64,000 nt of DNA from Octopus sinensis (Eukaryota): contig NC_043019.1 in assembly GCF_006345805.1 (NCBI RefSeq), forward strand, positions 4,587,360 to 4,651,359, in the 5' to 3' direction. Position numbers and translations under genes: made by a program. Below the pieces are notes generated by a model. That model worked only from the letters and a program-made list of their open reading frames with translations. It made no database searches and was not told the origin of the DNA. Below, piece by piece: positions 24,401 to 35,550 of this stretch; the stretch's first letter is position 1; each line of letters begins with the position of its first letter.

Positions 24401-27400
24401 CTTGCAGTGGTTAATAAAGGATTATTATTTTATTATTAAGTGTGGTGGATTGGCATAATCGTTAGAGCGTTGGCCGAAAAACACCTTGCAGTGATTGGTT
24501 ACAGCGAGGAGTTCAAATCCTCCTGAGGCCAGCTTTGCCTTTCATCCTATCAGGGGCAAAAGTACCAGTCAACTAATGAGGTCCATGATGTCAACCAAAC
24601 CTCTCTCCACAAAACTGCTGGCTTTTTGCCTAAATTACTTGCTGCTCTTACTACTAAAGTTCTTATTTTTACTGTCTGTTTCTGTTGCACTACCATGCAC
24701 TTGATGTGTAATCACAGGAATGTGAGTTCAAGTCTCATGGCTGGCCGGTAACATATTTTTCTGCAATGTATGGATAATTTATCCTGTTCATGCTATTGTA
24801 TTAGCATTATCACGCATTTGAGAATAGAAAATTTACTTCTGTATCTTTCAATACATCGCTAAAAACAAATTTTGTTTACTTTCATAATATATATATATAT
24901 GCGTCGCCTTGGCTGGCTTCCGTGCCGGTGGCACGTTAAAAGCACCAACCAATCGTGGCCGATGCCGGACTCCCCTGGCACCTGTGCAGGTGGCACGTAA
25001 AAAGCACCCATGGCACTCACAAAGTGGTTGGCGTTAGGAAGGGCATCCAGCTGTAGAAACACTGCCAGATCAGACTGGAGCCTGGTGCAGCCCCTGGCTT
25101 CCCAGACCCCGGACGAACCGTCCAACGCATGCTAGCGCGGAAAACGGACGTTAAACGATGATGATGATATATATATATATAAAATTGTGTGTGTGTGTAG
25201 TATACTGTTTTGTGATGGTAAGATGACAAAATAGTACTCTGGGCTTCTTTCAGTTTCCATCTACCAAATTCATTTAGAAGACACTTGCTCAAGGTCACAT
25301 GTAGTGGGACTGAAGCTGAATAATATGGTTGCACAATCATGCCTAGGAAAGGCATCCAGCTGTAAAAACCATGCCAAAAGCGACAGTGAAGCATGGTACA
25401 AGCTTCTGTCTAGCTAGCTCCTGTCAAACTGTCCAACCCATGCCAGTGTGGAAAGTGGACATTGAATGATGATGAGGATATATTAAAGGTGGTGAGCTGG
25501 CAGAAACGTTAGCACGTCGGACGAATTGTGTAGCCGTATTTCCTCTCTGCCATTACGTTCTGAGTTCAAATTGCACCGAGGTCGACTTTGCCTTTCATCC
25601 TTTTGGGGTTGATAAATTAAGTACCAGTTACGCACTGGGGTCGATGTAATCGACTTAATCCCTTTGTCCTTGTTTGTCCCCTCTGTGTTTAGCCCCTTGT
25701 GGGTAGTAAAGAAATAGATGAGGATATGTATATATATATATGTACACACTCATGCAAAAGGCTTTTGCACAATGTCCACTAAGCTAAATTCTGCTCCCAA
25801 AGCATTGAGCAACTTGAGATCAGTTCTTATCCATTACATAGTTGCAATGTGGTTTTTAACTTCACTGCCATACCCACTTAGGTCTGACCCCCAAGATAAT
25901 TATTTGCCTTGTAGCTTTCAGCTGTAGACCCATTCAGTGCACGCTGGGGATCATCTTGGGATGAGCCAAGAAGTACTATGGTCGTCTGTAAATATATCAA
26001 CCAGCTGATCCACCAAACCTACTGGTTGTGATGTCACCTTCACAGTGGTTACACATGTCAATCCAGTTCATAAAAATTATGAAAAGATAAGGTGACATTA
26101 TACACTCCTTGTCAAAGTCCAACGCCCAACAATAACTGCGGTTAACAACTAGGGTGAATGTTTTGAGTTTTATGGTTCACAGCTGCTATCAGTCACATAT
26201 GGTCGGCCTTTTGTCTCCTCCATAAGTGCTTGTGGTTGCATTGGGAAATCTGCCATGCAATGAAATGCCATATTTACCAGGTACTTTTGTGATTGATTCC
26301 CCTCCATGGTTGTGACACCTGGTCAATGTGTGTTGCTGATCTCCAGAAGCTTGAGGTCTTTCTTTGATTGCTTCTGTATTTGTCGTTTTCTTTGACTGTG
26401 TTTCGAACCGACAACTTGCTGCTGTCTCACCTCTGGAGGGAACTTTACTGACAAGGAGACCACAGTGGGTTTGGTCACGTCTTGCAGCGCCCCTATGATG
26501 AACTCATCCAGGGTTCGGAAGCCACATTGTCACACTAGATTCCAGGTTTCAAATTCAATGTTCAGTTATCTCTATCCAAGTTGAATTTGTATGTTTATTT
26601 CTTTTAACCCCAGAAAGCCCTCTTGCCCTTGTCAATTTACTGACCTTCTTCAGAAGCAGTAATTTTGTATATTTTTTCTGATTCATAAAGATTATATAAA
26701 TTCGTGTTGGTGAAAGATTTACAGAAAGAAGTAAAACAGTTTTTGTCTGAATTCAGAATAGTGATTTATTTAACCCTTTTGTTACCATATTTCTATTGAG
26801 GTGCTCTGTGTTTCATTCAATTAATTTTGGATATAACAAAGAATTTAGTAAAATAACTTAGTCATCATGAAGCTAGTGTTAGGAACATAAATTGTGACTA
26901 AGATTTTAATTTCGAACTTTTGAAAAGAAGACACTTGTACTACAGAGCCAGTGGTTTCAGACAGGTTGGCATAACGCCTAACTCTTTAGCCTTCAAATTA
27001 CTCTATCAAATGCAATTCTTATTTATTCACATTATCTTGTAACTTCAAGATTTCAATGATGTGAGAAGCTATTTCTTGTCCTAAAAATGGCACAAGATAA
27101 TTTCTTGAAACTGAACATTCTATCCTAAAGCACCAACCGATCATGGCTGCTGCCAGCCTTGCCTGGCACCTGTGCCGTAGGCACGTAAAAAGCACCCACT
27201 ACACTCACAGAGTGATTGGTGTTAGGAAGGGCATCCAGCTGTAGAAACACTGCCAGATATAAGACTGGAGCCTTGTGCAGCCTCCTGGCTTCCAAGACCC
27301 CGGTCGAACTGTCCAATCCATGCTAGCATGGAAAGCGGACGTTAAACGATGATAATGATGATGCTGATTAGACAAATGATGGCCATAATAAGCACTAGAA

Positions 27401-27500
27401 TAATTTCATACTTTTATATGGGTAACAAATTGGCAGTCATCAACACCTTGAACAGAATGGTTCACAGTAATGGTCCCGACTGTCTGTGGCCTGAGTTTAA

Positions 27501-27717
27501 CCCTTTAGCATTCAGATTATTCTGCCAAATGTAATGCTTTTTTCATTCACATTGTTTTTATTTACTCACATTATTTTGTAGCTTTGAAATTTTGATGATG
27601 TGATTGTATATTTTTTAGAATGACATTGACGTGTAGGTGTGATAGACTGGATCTGGTTGGAATATAAAATTAAGTAGCCTATTTGGGTTGGATATAGCTG
27701 GTTTAAATGCAAAAGGG
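27501..27717. mobile_element. piggyBac-like MITE
   Basis: TTAA|CCCTTTAGCATT...AATGCAAAAGGG|TTAA, i.e. TTAA TSD and CCC termini. A related, RTE-interrupted copy lies at about 63270-63697. Confidence 0.7.
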
Positions 27718-28530
27718 TTAAATCTTGTTGGGGGTAAACTTTGCCTTTCATCCTTTCAGGGTCAATTTTAAAAATATACCAACCCAAGACAATAGATTTG
27801 TGGAGATGTAAGAACATCTGACTGGATACCTTGTGGTATTTGTTCCTGATTTTTGCATTCTGAGTTCAGATACCACCATTGCCTACATGAGTGATAAATT
27901 TAACTGTCACTCAACTTGACATTACCACCTGTCACCGTGGGGGCCCCTAATGAAGTTGCTAACATTTGGGCTTGCTTTCCAGTTTGGGGACTCCTTCCGC
28001 TTTCCTTCACACCAGTTTTGGTGGCCCTGTAACAAGTCAGGGGCACTACCTTCCTTTCTGATTCCTTCCCCTCCTACTCATCATCATTTAATACCAGTTT
28101 CCATGGTGACATTGGTTAGATGGTTTGACAGGAGATGGCAAGCCAGAGAATTGAACCAGGTTCCATTATCTGGTTTGTCACGATGTCTACAGATGGATGC
28201 CCTTCCGAGTACCAACCACTTTATGCAGTGCATTGGGTGTTTTCTTACACGGCACCAGCTCCAGTGCTTTATATGAGGGGTTGATTGGCAAAATCATTAG
28301 AATGTTGGGAAAAAGAATGCCTTACAATATTTACTGCTCTTTTGCATTCAATGTTTAAATCCCACTGTAGTTGACTTTGCCTTTTAACTGTCTGGGGTGA
28401 ATAAAATATAATACCAGTCAAGTACTGTGATTGATATCAACTAATTACTACTTTCAAAATTGCTGGACTTATGTCTAAATTTGAAGCCATTATTATTTGC
28501 TTAATTACGTGTTTTCTTTTGTCTTTCCAG

Positions 28531-28647
28531 GATTTAATTATATTCCCTGATGACATAGAATTTAAAAAAATCAATCAGTGTACCAGCGGCCGAGTTTATG
28601 TACTGAAGTTCAAATCCTCAGTCCGTAGATTCTTCTTTTGGATGCAG
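28531..28647 (+). CDS. ADRM1: ADRM1 coding exon 2
   Basis: TTTCCAG|[39 protein letters not shown]|GTAATT; 117 nt, phase 0-0. Confidence 0.95.
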
Positions 28648-28721
28648 GTAATTTAGTGTTTCTTCTAATCACTTCATTATAGAAAATGAAAATCGGTTGA
28701 TGAAATTTTCTGTATTCCTAA

Positions 28722-29227
28722 TGCAATTGTACCGACGTCTTTCGGGTGCAGTTGCACCGACGTCTTTCCGGTGCAGTTGCACCGAAGTCTTTCCGGTGTG
28801 GTTGTACCAACGTCTTTCTGGTGCAGTTGCACCAACGTCTTTCTGGTGCAGTTGCACCAACGTCTTTCTGGTGCAGTTGCACCAACGTCTTTTTGGTGCG
28901 GTTGCACCGACGTCTTTTCGGTGCGGTTGCACCGACGTCTTTTCGGTGCAGTTGTACCAACGTCTTTCTGGTGCAGTTGCACCGACGTCTTTTTGGTGCG
29001 GTTGTACCAACGTCTTTTTGGTGCGGTTGTACCGACGTCTTTTTGGTGCGGTTGTACCGACGTCTTTTTGGTGCGGTTGTACCGACGTCTTTTTGGTGCG
29101 GTTGTACCGACGTCTTTTTGGTGCGGTTGTACCGACGTCTTTTTGGTGCAGTTGTACCGACGTCTTTTTGGTGCAGTTGTACCAACGTCGTTCTGGTGCG
29201 CCTGCACCGACCGACGTCTCTCCGGTA
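28722..29227. repeat. 25-bp minisatellite (about 20 copies)
   Basis: Unit GGTGCAGTTGCACCGACGTCTTTTC and variants. No unique spacers. Confidence 0.9.
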
Positions 29228-29724
29228 CATTTGTGCCCAGTTCATATCTGTTACAGTTCTGCTGATGTCTGCCCATTACAGTTGTGTGGTGCTTTCCTAC
29301 CAGGTGTAGCCGCACTCTTTTCTCACCTGGTTCAGTGTGACACTGTGTCTGGCAGCATTTAAATCCAGAATTGTAAAATACTCTTCTGGTTATTGTTCCT
29401 GGTTTTGCTCTCCATGTCTTTCCCAAGAGTCTGTGGAATGTTTACCAACTTCCAGTCACATAAAAAAAACCCATCTCTTCATAACACTAATGGCTTTGGA
29501 TAAATTGATGTGTTTATGTAGAGTGGTGTGTTCTGTCTAAGGTTTTAACTCATTAGCATAATGGTTTTTAACTATTTTAATTTCTATTTATAAAAATCAT
29601 ATAAAGATTGCAAAAGAAAACGGCTTAATATAGGTGCAGGCATGGCTGTGTGGTAAGAAGCTTGCTTCCGAACCACATTATTTCGGGTTCAAGCCTATTG
29701 TGTGGCACCTTAGGCAAGTGTTTT

Positions 29725-30136
29725 GGATCTTTTTGGTTTGACCGACAGTTTTTAAAAATAATTTCCACGTAACTAAACACTTTTAAACTTCGTATACTGG
29801 TAGAATGTGTTTATAAAACATCTTTTTCTCTTGGCTTTATTGAGAAAATTCTATAGTTTGTAAGATATTTGTTGTTTTTTTTCTTCAATTTCTGCAATTT
29901 CAACCAATCCATGACGTCTATTGGAGGTGAAAACATTCTGTGCCGTATGAATATGTCCCTCATTTAAGAAACAGATTCGGTTTATTTACATTTCTGAAGA
30001 AAAACAGATACCCTTCCCCCCATCCCTAACCCTAAAACAGATTGGAATGCAATAGATCAATACTAGGGTCATATTTATGGGTGACAATTTCATATGACAC
30101 CGCTAGAAAAAACTGCCGTTGAAACCGAAAAGATCC
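29725..30136. mobile_element. About 410-bp MITE with GGATCTTTTCGGTTTGAACGGCAGTTTTT TIRs and 8-bp TSD
   Basis: Inserted in a SINE1 with a perfect AGTGTTTT duplication. Other copies: 22617-23031, 30462-30869, 42399-42813, 49306-49733, 51504-51904, and a partial copy at about 16587-16880. Confidence 0.85.
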
Positions 30137-31087
30137 AGTGTTTTCTACTATAGCTTTGAGTTGACCAAACCCTTGTGAGTGGATTTAGTAGATGGCAACT
30201 TTATATTTTGTGTGTGTGTCTTTGTGAACTAGCTTGGCAACCAGTGTTGGTGTGTTTATGTCCCCATGACATAGTTTGGCAAAAGACACTGATAGAATAA
30301 GTACCAGGCTTTTTTTTAAAAAAAAAGTACTGGGGTTGATACATTTGACTAAGAATTCTTCAAGGTGGTGCCCCAGCATGGCCGCAGTCTAATGACTGAA
30401 ACAAGTAAGATAGAATTTAGAGGTTTTCTTGTCATGGTCATCCTGTTTGTTTTGTCCAGTGGGATCTTTTCGGTTTGAACGGCAGTTTTTTCTAGTGGTG
30501 TCATATGAAATTGTCACCCATAATTATGACCCTAGTATCAATCTATTGCATTTCTATCTGTTTTAGGGGTGGGGGAAGGGTATCTTTTTTTCTTCACAAA
30601 TGTAAATAAACCCAATCTGTTTCTTAAACGAGGGACATACTCATACGGCACATAATGTTTTTTTACCTCAGTAGACGTCATTGATTGGTTGAAATTGCAG
30701 AAATTGAAGAAAAAAAAAACAACAAATATCTTACAAACTATAGAATTTTCTCAATAAAGCCAGGAGAAAAAGATGTTTTAAAAACACATTCTACCAGTAT
30801 ACAAAGTTTAAAATTTTTTAGTTACCTAGAAATTATTTTAAAAAACTGCCGTTCAAACCGAAAAGATCCACCCAGTGTTTTTTTTTTTCTTTTTCTTCAA
30901 GACTCTAAGCTTTATTTTGAACCAGACTTATTTTAGCTACTATTTCTAGCAAGTTCAGTTACCATGCAGCAGTTACCTTGTTGACTTGTTTGGTCAATTT
31001 GAATGTTTAAAGGTATTGAGGGGGGAAAGTCTCATGTTTAAACAAATGAAGAATAAAATCTAACTAGTCTTTGAATATATTGTTTAG

Positions 31088-31199
31088 GAGCCGAAAACTG
31101 AGAAAGATGAGGAATATTGCCGTAAGGTGAATGAATATCTCAACAACCCACCCAGTCCAACTGCAAATCGAAACAATGCTCCTGACCATTCTGGCTTGG
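31088..31199 (+). CDS. ADRM1: ADRM1 coding exon 3
   Basis: TTTAG|[37 protein letters not shown]+1 nt|GTAAGT; 112 nt. Confidence 0.95.
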
Positions 31200-31895
31200 G
31201 TAAGTTGTTATTTCCATACACTATTATTATTATTGTATATAATTTGTTCAACTTTATTGCCCAAAAGGGGCTAAACATAGAGAAGACAAACAAGGACAGA
31301 CGAAGGGGTTAAGTCGATTACATCGACCCCAGTGCATAACTGGTACTTAATTTATCGACCCCGAAAGGATGAAAGGCAAAGTCGACCACGGCAGAATTTG
31401 ATTCAGAACGTAACGACAGACGAAATACCTATTTCTTTACTACCAACAAGGGGCTAAACATAGAGAAGACAAACAAGGACAGACGAAGAGGTTAAGTCGA
31501 TTACATCGACATCAGTGCGTAACTGGTACTTATTTAATCGACCTCGAAAGGATGAAAGGCAAAGTCGACCTCGGCGGAATTTGAACTCAGAACGTAACGG
31601 CAGACGAAATACCGCTTGACGTTTCGCCTGGCGTGCTAACATTTCTGCCAGCTCACCGCCTTATATTATTATTGTATATAGATTGATGTAACTCTCCGCA
31701 AAGGTAAATGGGCAATAAGAAGAGTGATGTGATTTGTAATAGGGATCATTTGTTTAACAGATTGAACAATATTCAACAGATTGTCTGTCTTCTTTGGGTT
31801 CAAAATATAAAATGGAAAAATTCATAGAAACACAAAAATTCTTTTACAAATTGCATCATATTCTTCTTTTTATTATTATTATTATTATTTCACAC

Positions 31896-32447
31896 AAAAT
31901 CAAATTTGACGACTGGCATCCGTGCTAGCGGGGTGCGAAGAGCACCATACAAGAGTGATCGTTGACAGAGCGGCTAACTGGCTTCCGTGCCAGTGACACA
32001 TAAAAGGGCACCATTTGAGTGTGATCGTTACCAGCTTCGCCTTACTGGCACTTGTGCTCCAATGCTAGTAGGGTGCAAGAGCACCATCCGAGCATGATCA
32101 TTGCCAGAGCAGCCAACTGGCTTCTGTGCCGGTGGCACATAAAAGGGCACCATTCAAGCGTGATCGTTACCAACGTCGCCTTACTGGCACCTGTGCCAGT
32201 GGCATGTGTAAAAGGATTTGAGCGAGGTCATTGCCAGTACCGCCTGACTGGCCCCTGTGCCGGTGGCACGTAAAAAGCACCCACTACACACTCAGAGTGG
32301 TTGGCGTTAGGAAGGGCATCCAGCTGTAGAAACTCTGCCAGATCAAGATTAGAGCCTGGTGCAGCCATCTGGTTCGCCAGCCCTCAGTCAAAATCGTTCA
32401 ACCCATGCTAGAATGGAAAGCGGACGTTAAACAATGAAGATGATGAT
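31896..32447 (+). mobile_element. RTE 3'-UTR copy flanked by direct repeats of about 115 bp
   Basis: Flanks 31779-31895 and 32448-32558 are near-identical. The element ends in (GAT)n. Confidence 0.8.
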
Positions 32448-33714
32448 GATTGTCTGTCTTCTTTGGGTTCAAAATATAAAATGAAAAAATTCATAGAAAC
32501 ACAAAAATCCTTTTACAAATTGCATCATATTCTTCTTCTTCTTATTATTATTTCACACACTCTTATTATTATTATTATTATTATTAAGGTGGTGAGCTGG
32601 CAGAATTGTTAGCACGCTGGACGAAATGCTTAGCAATATTTCATCCGTCGCTATGTTGGTTCAGATTCCACCAATGTTCACTTTGCCTTTCACCCTTCCA
32701 TGGGTCAATAAAGTACTAGTGAAACACTGGGGTTGATGTGATCGACTAGTCCCCTTACCACCAAATTTCAGGCCTTGTATCTTTAGTAGAAAGGATTATT
32801 ATTACTACTACTACTTCGGCTATGATATAAGGAAACTGAAAGAAGCCCATTGTATATATTCAACTAGTTTGTTCAACTAAAGGCAGTGCTTGAGCACTGG
32901 TTTTAGTTGAACAAATTGACCCCAGGACTTATTCTTTGTAAGCCTAGTACTTATTCTATCATTCTATTTTGCCGAACCACTAAGTTATAGGAACATAGAC
33001 ACTCCACCATCGGTTGTCAAGCGATGTTGGACACACACACATACACATGATGGGCTTCTTTCAGTTTCCATCCTCCAAATCCACTCAAGTTTTGGTCGTC
33101 GTTGGTAAGCAAGCTACTTACCACACACCATGCTTTTGTGTGTGTGCTTGTCACCCATCACTGTTTGACAGCTGGTGTTGTTTAAAACCCCATAACTCGA
33201 TGGCTTGGCAAAAGACACTGATAGAATAAGTACCAGGCTTAAATAAAAATAATTACAGGGATTGATCCTTTATGAAACTAAAATTTCTTCAAAGTGGTGC
33301 CCCAGCATGGTCGCAGCCTAATGACTGAAACAAGTAAAAGATAAAAGATGTTGAATTCAAAATACTTTGAGAATGGAAATAATTTTTCTATGTGACCTGG
33401 TTGTCTAGTTAAGTTCACATTGCAGCTTATGTGGTTTGGATTTAAACAAACTGCAGCACCTTGGGCAGGCCCTGACGACAGCCAATGTCTCATGGAATTT
33501 TATAGACTGGATATTTTGGAAGCCAGTCACATGTGTGTGTGTGTGTGTGTGTGTGCATAGTGTAAAGATGTTAACATCAGTTTTTTAAAAAAATGGCGCA
33601 GGAGTGGCTGTGTGGTAAGTAGCGTGGCATCTTGGGCAAGTGTCTTCTGCGATAGCCCCGGGCCGACCAATGCCTTGTGAGTGGATTTGGTAGACAGAAA
33701 CTGAAAGAAGCCTG

Positions 33715-33770
<56 letters not shown>

Positions 33771-34067
33771 GTTTGTCCCCCTAGCATTGCTTGACAACCG
33801 ATGCTGGTGTGTTTGTGTCCCCATCACTTAGCGGTTCGGCAAAAGAGACCGATAGAATAAGTACTGGGCTTACAAAAAGAATAAGTCCCGGGGTCGAGTT
33901 GCTTGATTAAAGGCGGTGCTCCAGCATGGCCGCAGTCAAATGACTGAAACAAGTAAAAAGAGAGAAAGAGAAATGTGAATAAACAAGTATTACATTTAGC
34001 AGAGTAATCTGATCGTTAAGGGTTTAAATGATTTTACTAATTGCTGTTATTCTTTTTGTTGTTCTAG

Positions 34068-34133
34068 TTGGAGAAGCTGATCTACATAACATCCTAGGTA
34101 ACATGAGTCAACAACAGTTAATGCAACTTTTTG
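34068..34133 (+). CDS. ADRM1: ADRM1 coding exon 4
   Basis: TTCTAG|(V)GEADLHNILGNMSQQQLMQLF(G)|GTAAGT; 66 nt, phase 1-1. Homologous to human LQSLLGNMSHSQLMQLIG. Confidence 0.9.
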
Positions 34134-34229
34134 GTAAGTCTAATTCTTTTGAACTTTGAGAAATGCATGACTTAACGGTGTAACGTGTCCTCTGTATTGA
34201 TGGTTAGTGATGAGTAGTCATCATATTCA

Positions 34230-34650
34230 TATAATGAAATTATTGTATACAGTGCTCAGGTGCACCACAACTTGTCAGAAAGTGCATATAAAGTATATGC
34301 AGTAATGTACAAATGTCTGGAAAGCGAACAGTGTATGAGTCAGATACATGCTTGCGTGTGTATGGAGGGGAGAAAATCAAGTGTAGTGTTGGCGAATCTC
34401 AGGAAGCATGGAAGTTTTGAAGGATGCAGTGCTCCGACAACTAACAACCGGTGCCGGCAGTTTGTTCCATGCTTCAGCAACTCTCAGCGTGAAAAAATGT
34501 TTCCTAAAGTCATGGGAGCTGTGCTGTTTTCTGACTTTGTAAATATGTCCACGGGTGTTAGACGGGTGGAGTTTGAAAAGGTGCTCAGAGTTATTGTTTG
34601 TATGATGGTTGATAGGTTAATGATGGCCAGCAATGATGGTTACTACTGAT
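34230..34650 (-). mobile_element. CR1-type LINE 3' fragment
   Basis: Minus strand encodes TRGHIYKVRKQHSSHDFRKHFFTLRVAEAWNKLPAPVV...FKTS, followed by a 3' UTR. The same 3' end recurs at about 16699-16740. Confidence 0.75.
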
Positions 34651-35336
34651 CATTAACCATCTTGATGGTCAATCCTTTTGTTACTATATTTCTAACTAAA
34701 ATACATCCGTCTGTGTGTCGCTTCTGTTGAATTCTGATATAGTTATAAATTTAGACTGGTTTCATAAAATAACTTATTTTGTTTATTAATTTGTAAATAT
34801 GCACGTAAAAAGCACCATCCGATCGTGGCCGTTTGCCAGCCTCACCGGACAGTGCAAGCAAACCTTTTTCAAGGTAGTGCTCCAGCATGGCCATCGTCAA
34901 ATACTGAAACGAGTAAAAAAAAAAATAGATACCAAACTAACTGTCACTACCATTGCTTATTATCCAGTTTATTAATTAGGTTAATAACTTGGCATTTGAT
35001 TCTCTCTTATCTACAAGGTTCACAAATAGTGTTCCATTTTTGCCCATATATTCGAATGCAAGTGGGTAGAAAATTTATGCTTTATCTCCGGTGGCACGTA
35101 AAAAGCACCATCCCATTGTGGCCGTTTGCCAGCCTCACCTGGCACCTGTGCTGGGGGCACGTAAAAAGCACGCACTACACTCACGGAGTGGTTGGCGTTA
35201 GGAAGGGCATCCAGCCATAGAAACACTGCCAGATCAGACTGGGCCTGGTGCAGCCTTCTGGCTTCCCAGACCCCAGTTGAACCATCCAACCCATGCTAGC
35301 ATGGAAAGCGGACGCTAAACGATGATGATGATGATG

Positions 35337-35550
35337 CAGCGTGGAAGGTGTTTATAAGCCATTTAAGAAACGGGTCGCGGTCTCAAAGCGACGAAAATAT
35401 TTTGACAAATTAAATTTAAATGTCAAAGTGAATCTAACGGTTTTGTGTGTTTCTTAAATGCCTTAGAAACACCTTCCACGTTGCTATTGCTTTCGTTCCA
35501 GCACACGATCTCAGATCAAGTCACTTGCTATGCAAGTACATCTCCGTAAT
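35337..35550. mobile_element. Internally deleted copy of the palindromic Penelope-like family seen at 46567
   Basis: Shares GTCGCGGTCTCAAAGCGACGAAAATATTTTGACAAA and the downstream CACGATCTCAGATCAAGTCAC...GTACATCTCCGTAAT block. Confidence 0.65.

Noticed and set aside
25930-26520. Possible decayed LTR-retrotransposon gag/protease remnant on the minus strand
   Set aside because: Higher-complexity sequence, but I could not read a convincing zinc knuckle or DTG motif; it would need a profile search.
28669-29426. Six overlapping repetitive ORFs on both strands
   Set aside because: Artefacts of the stop-poor 25-bp minisatellite.
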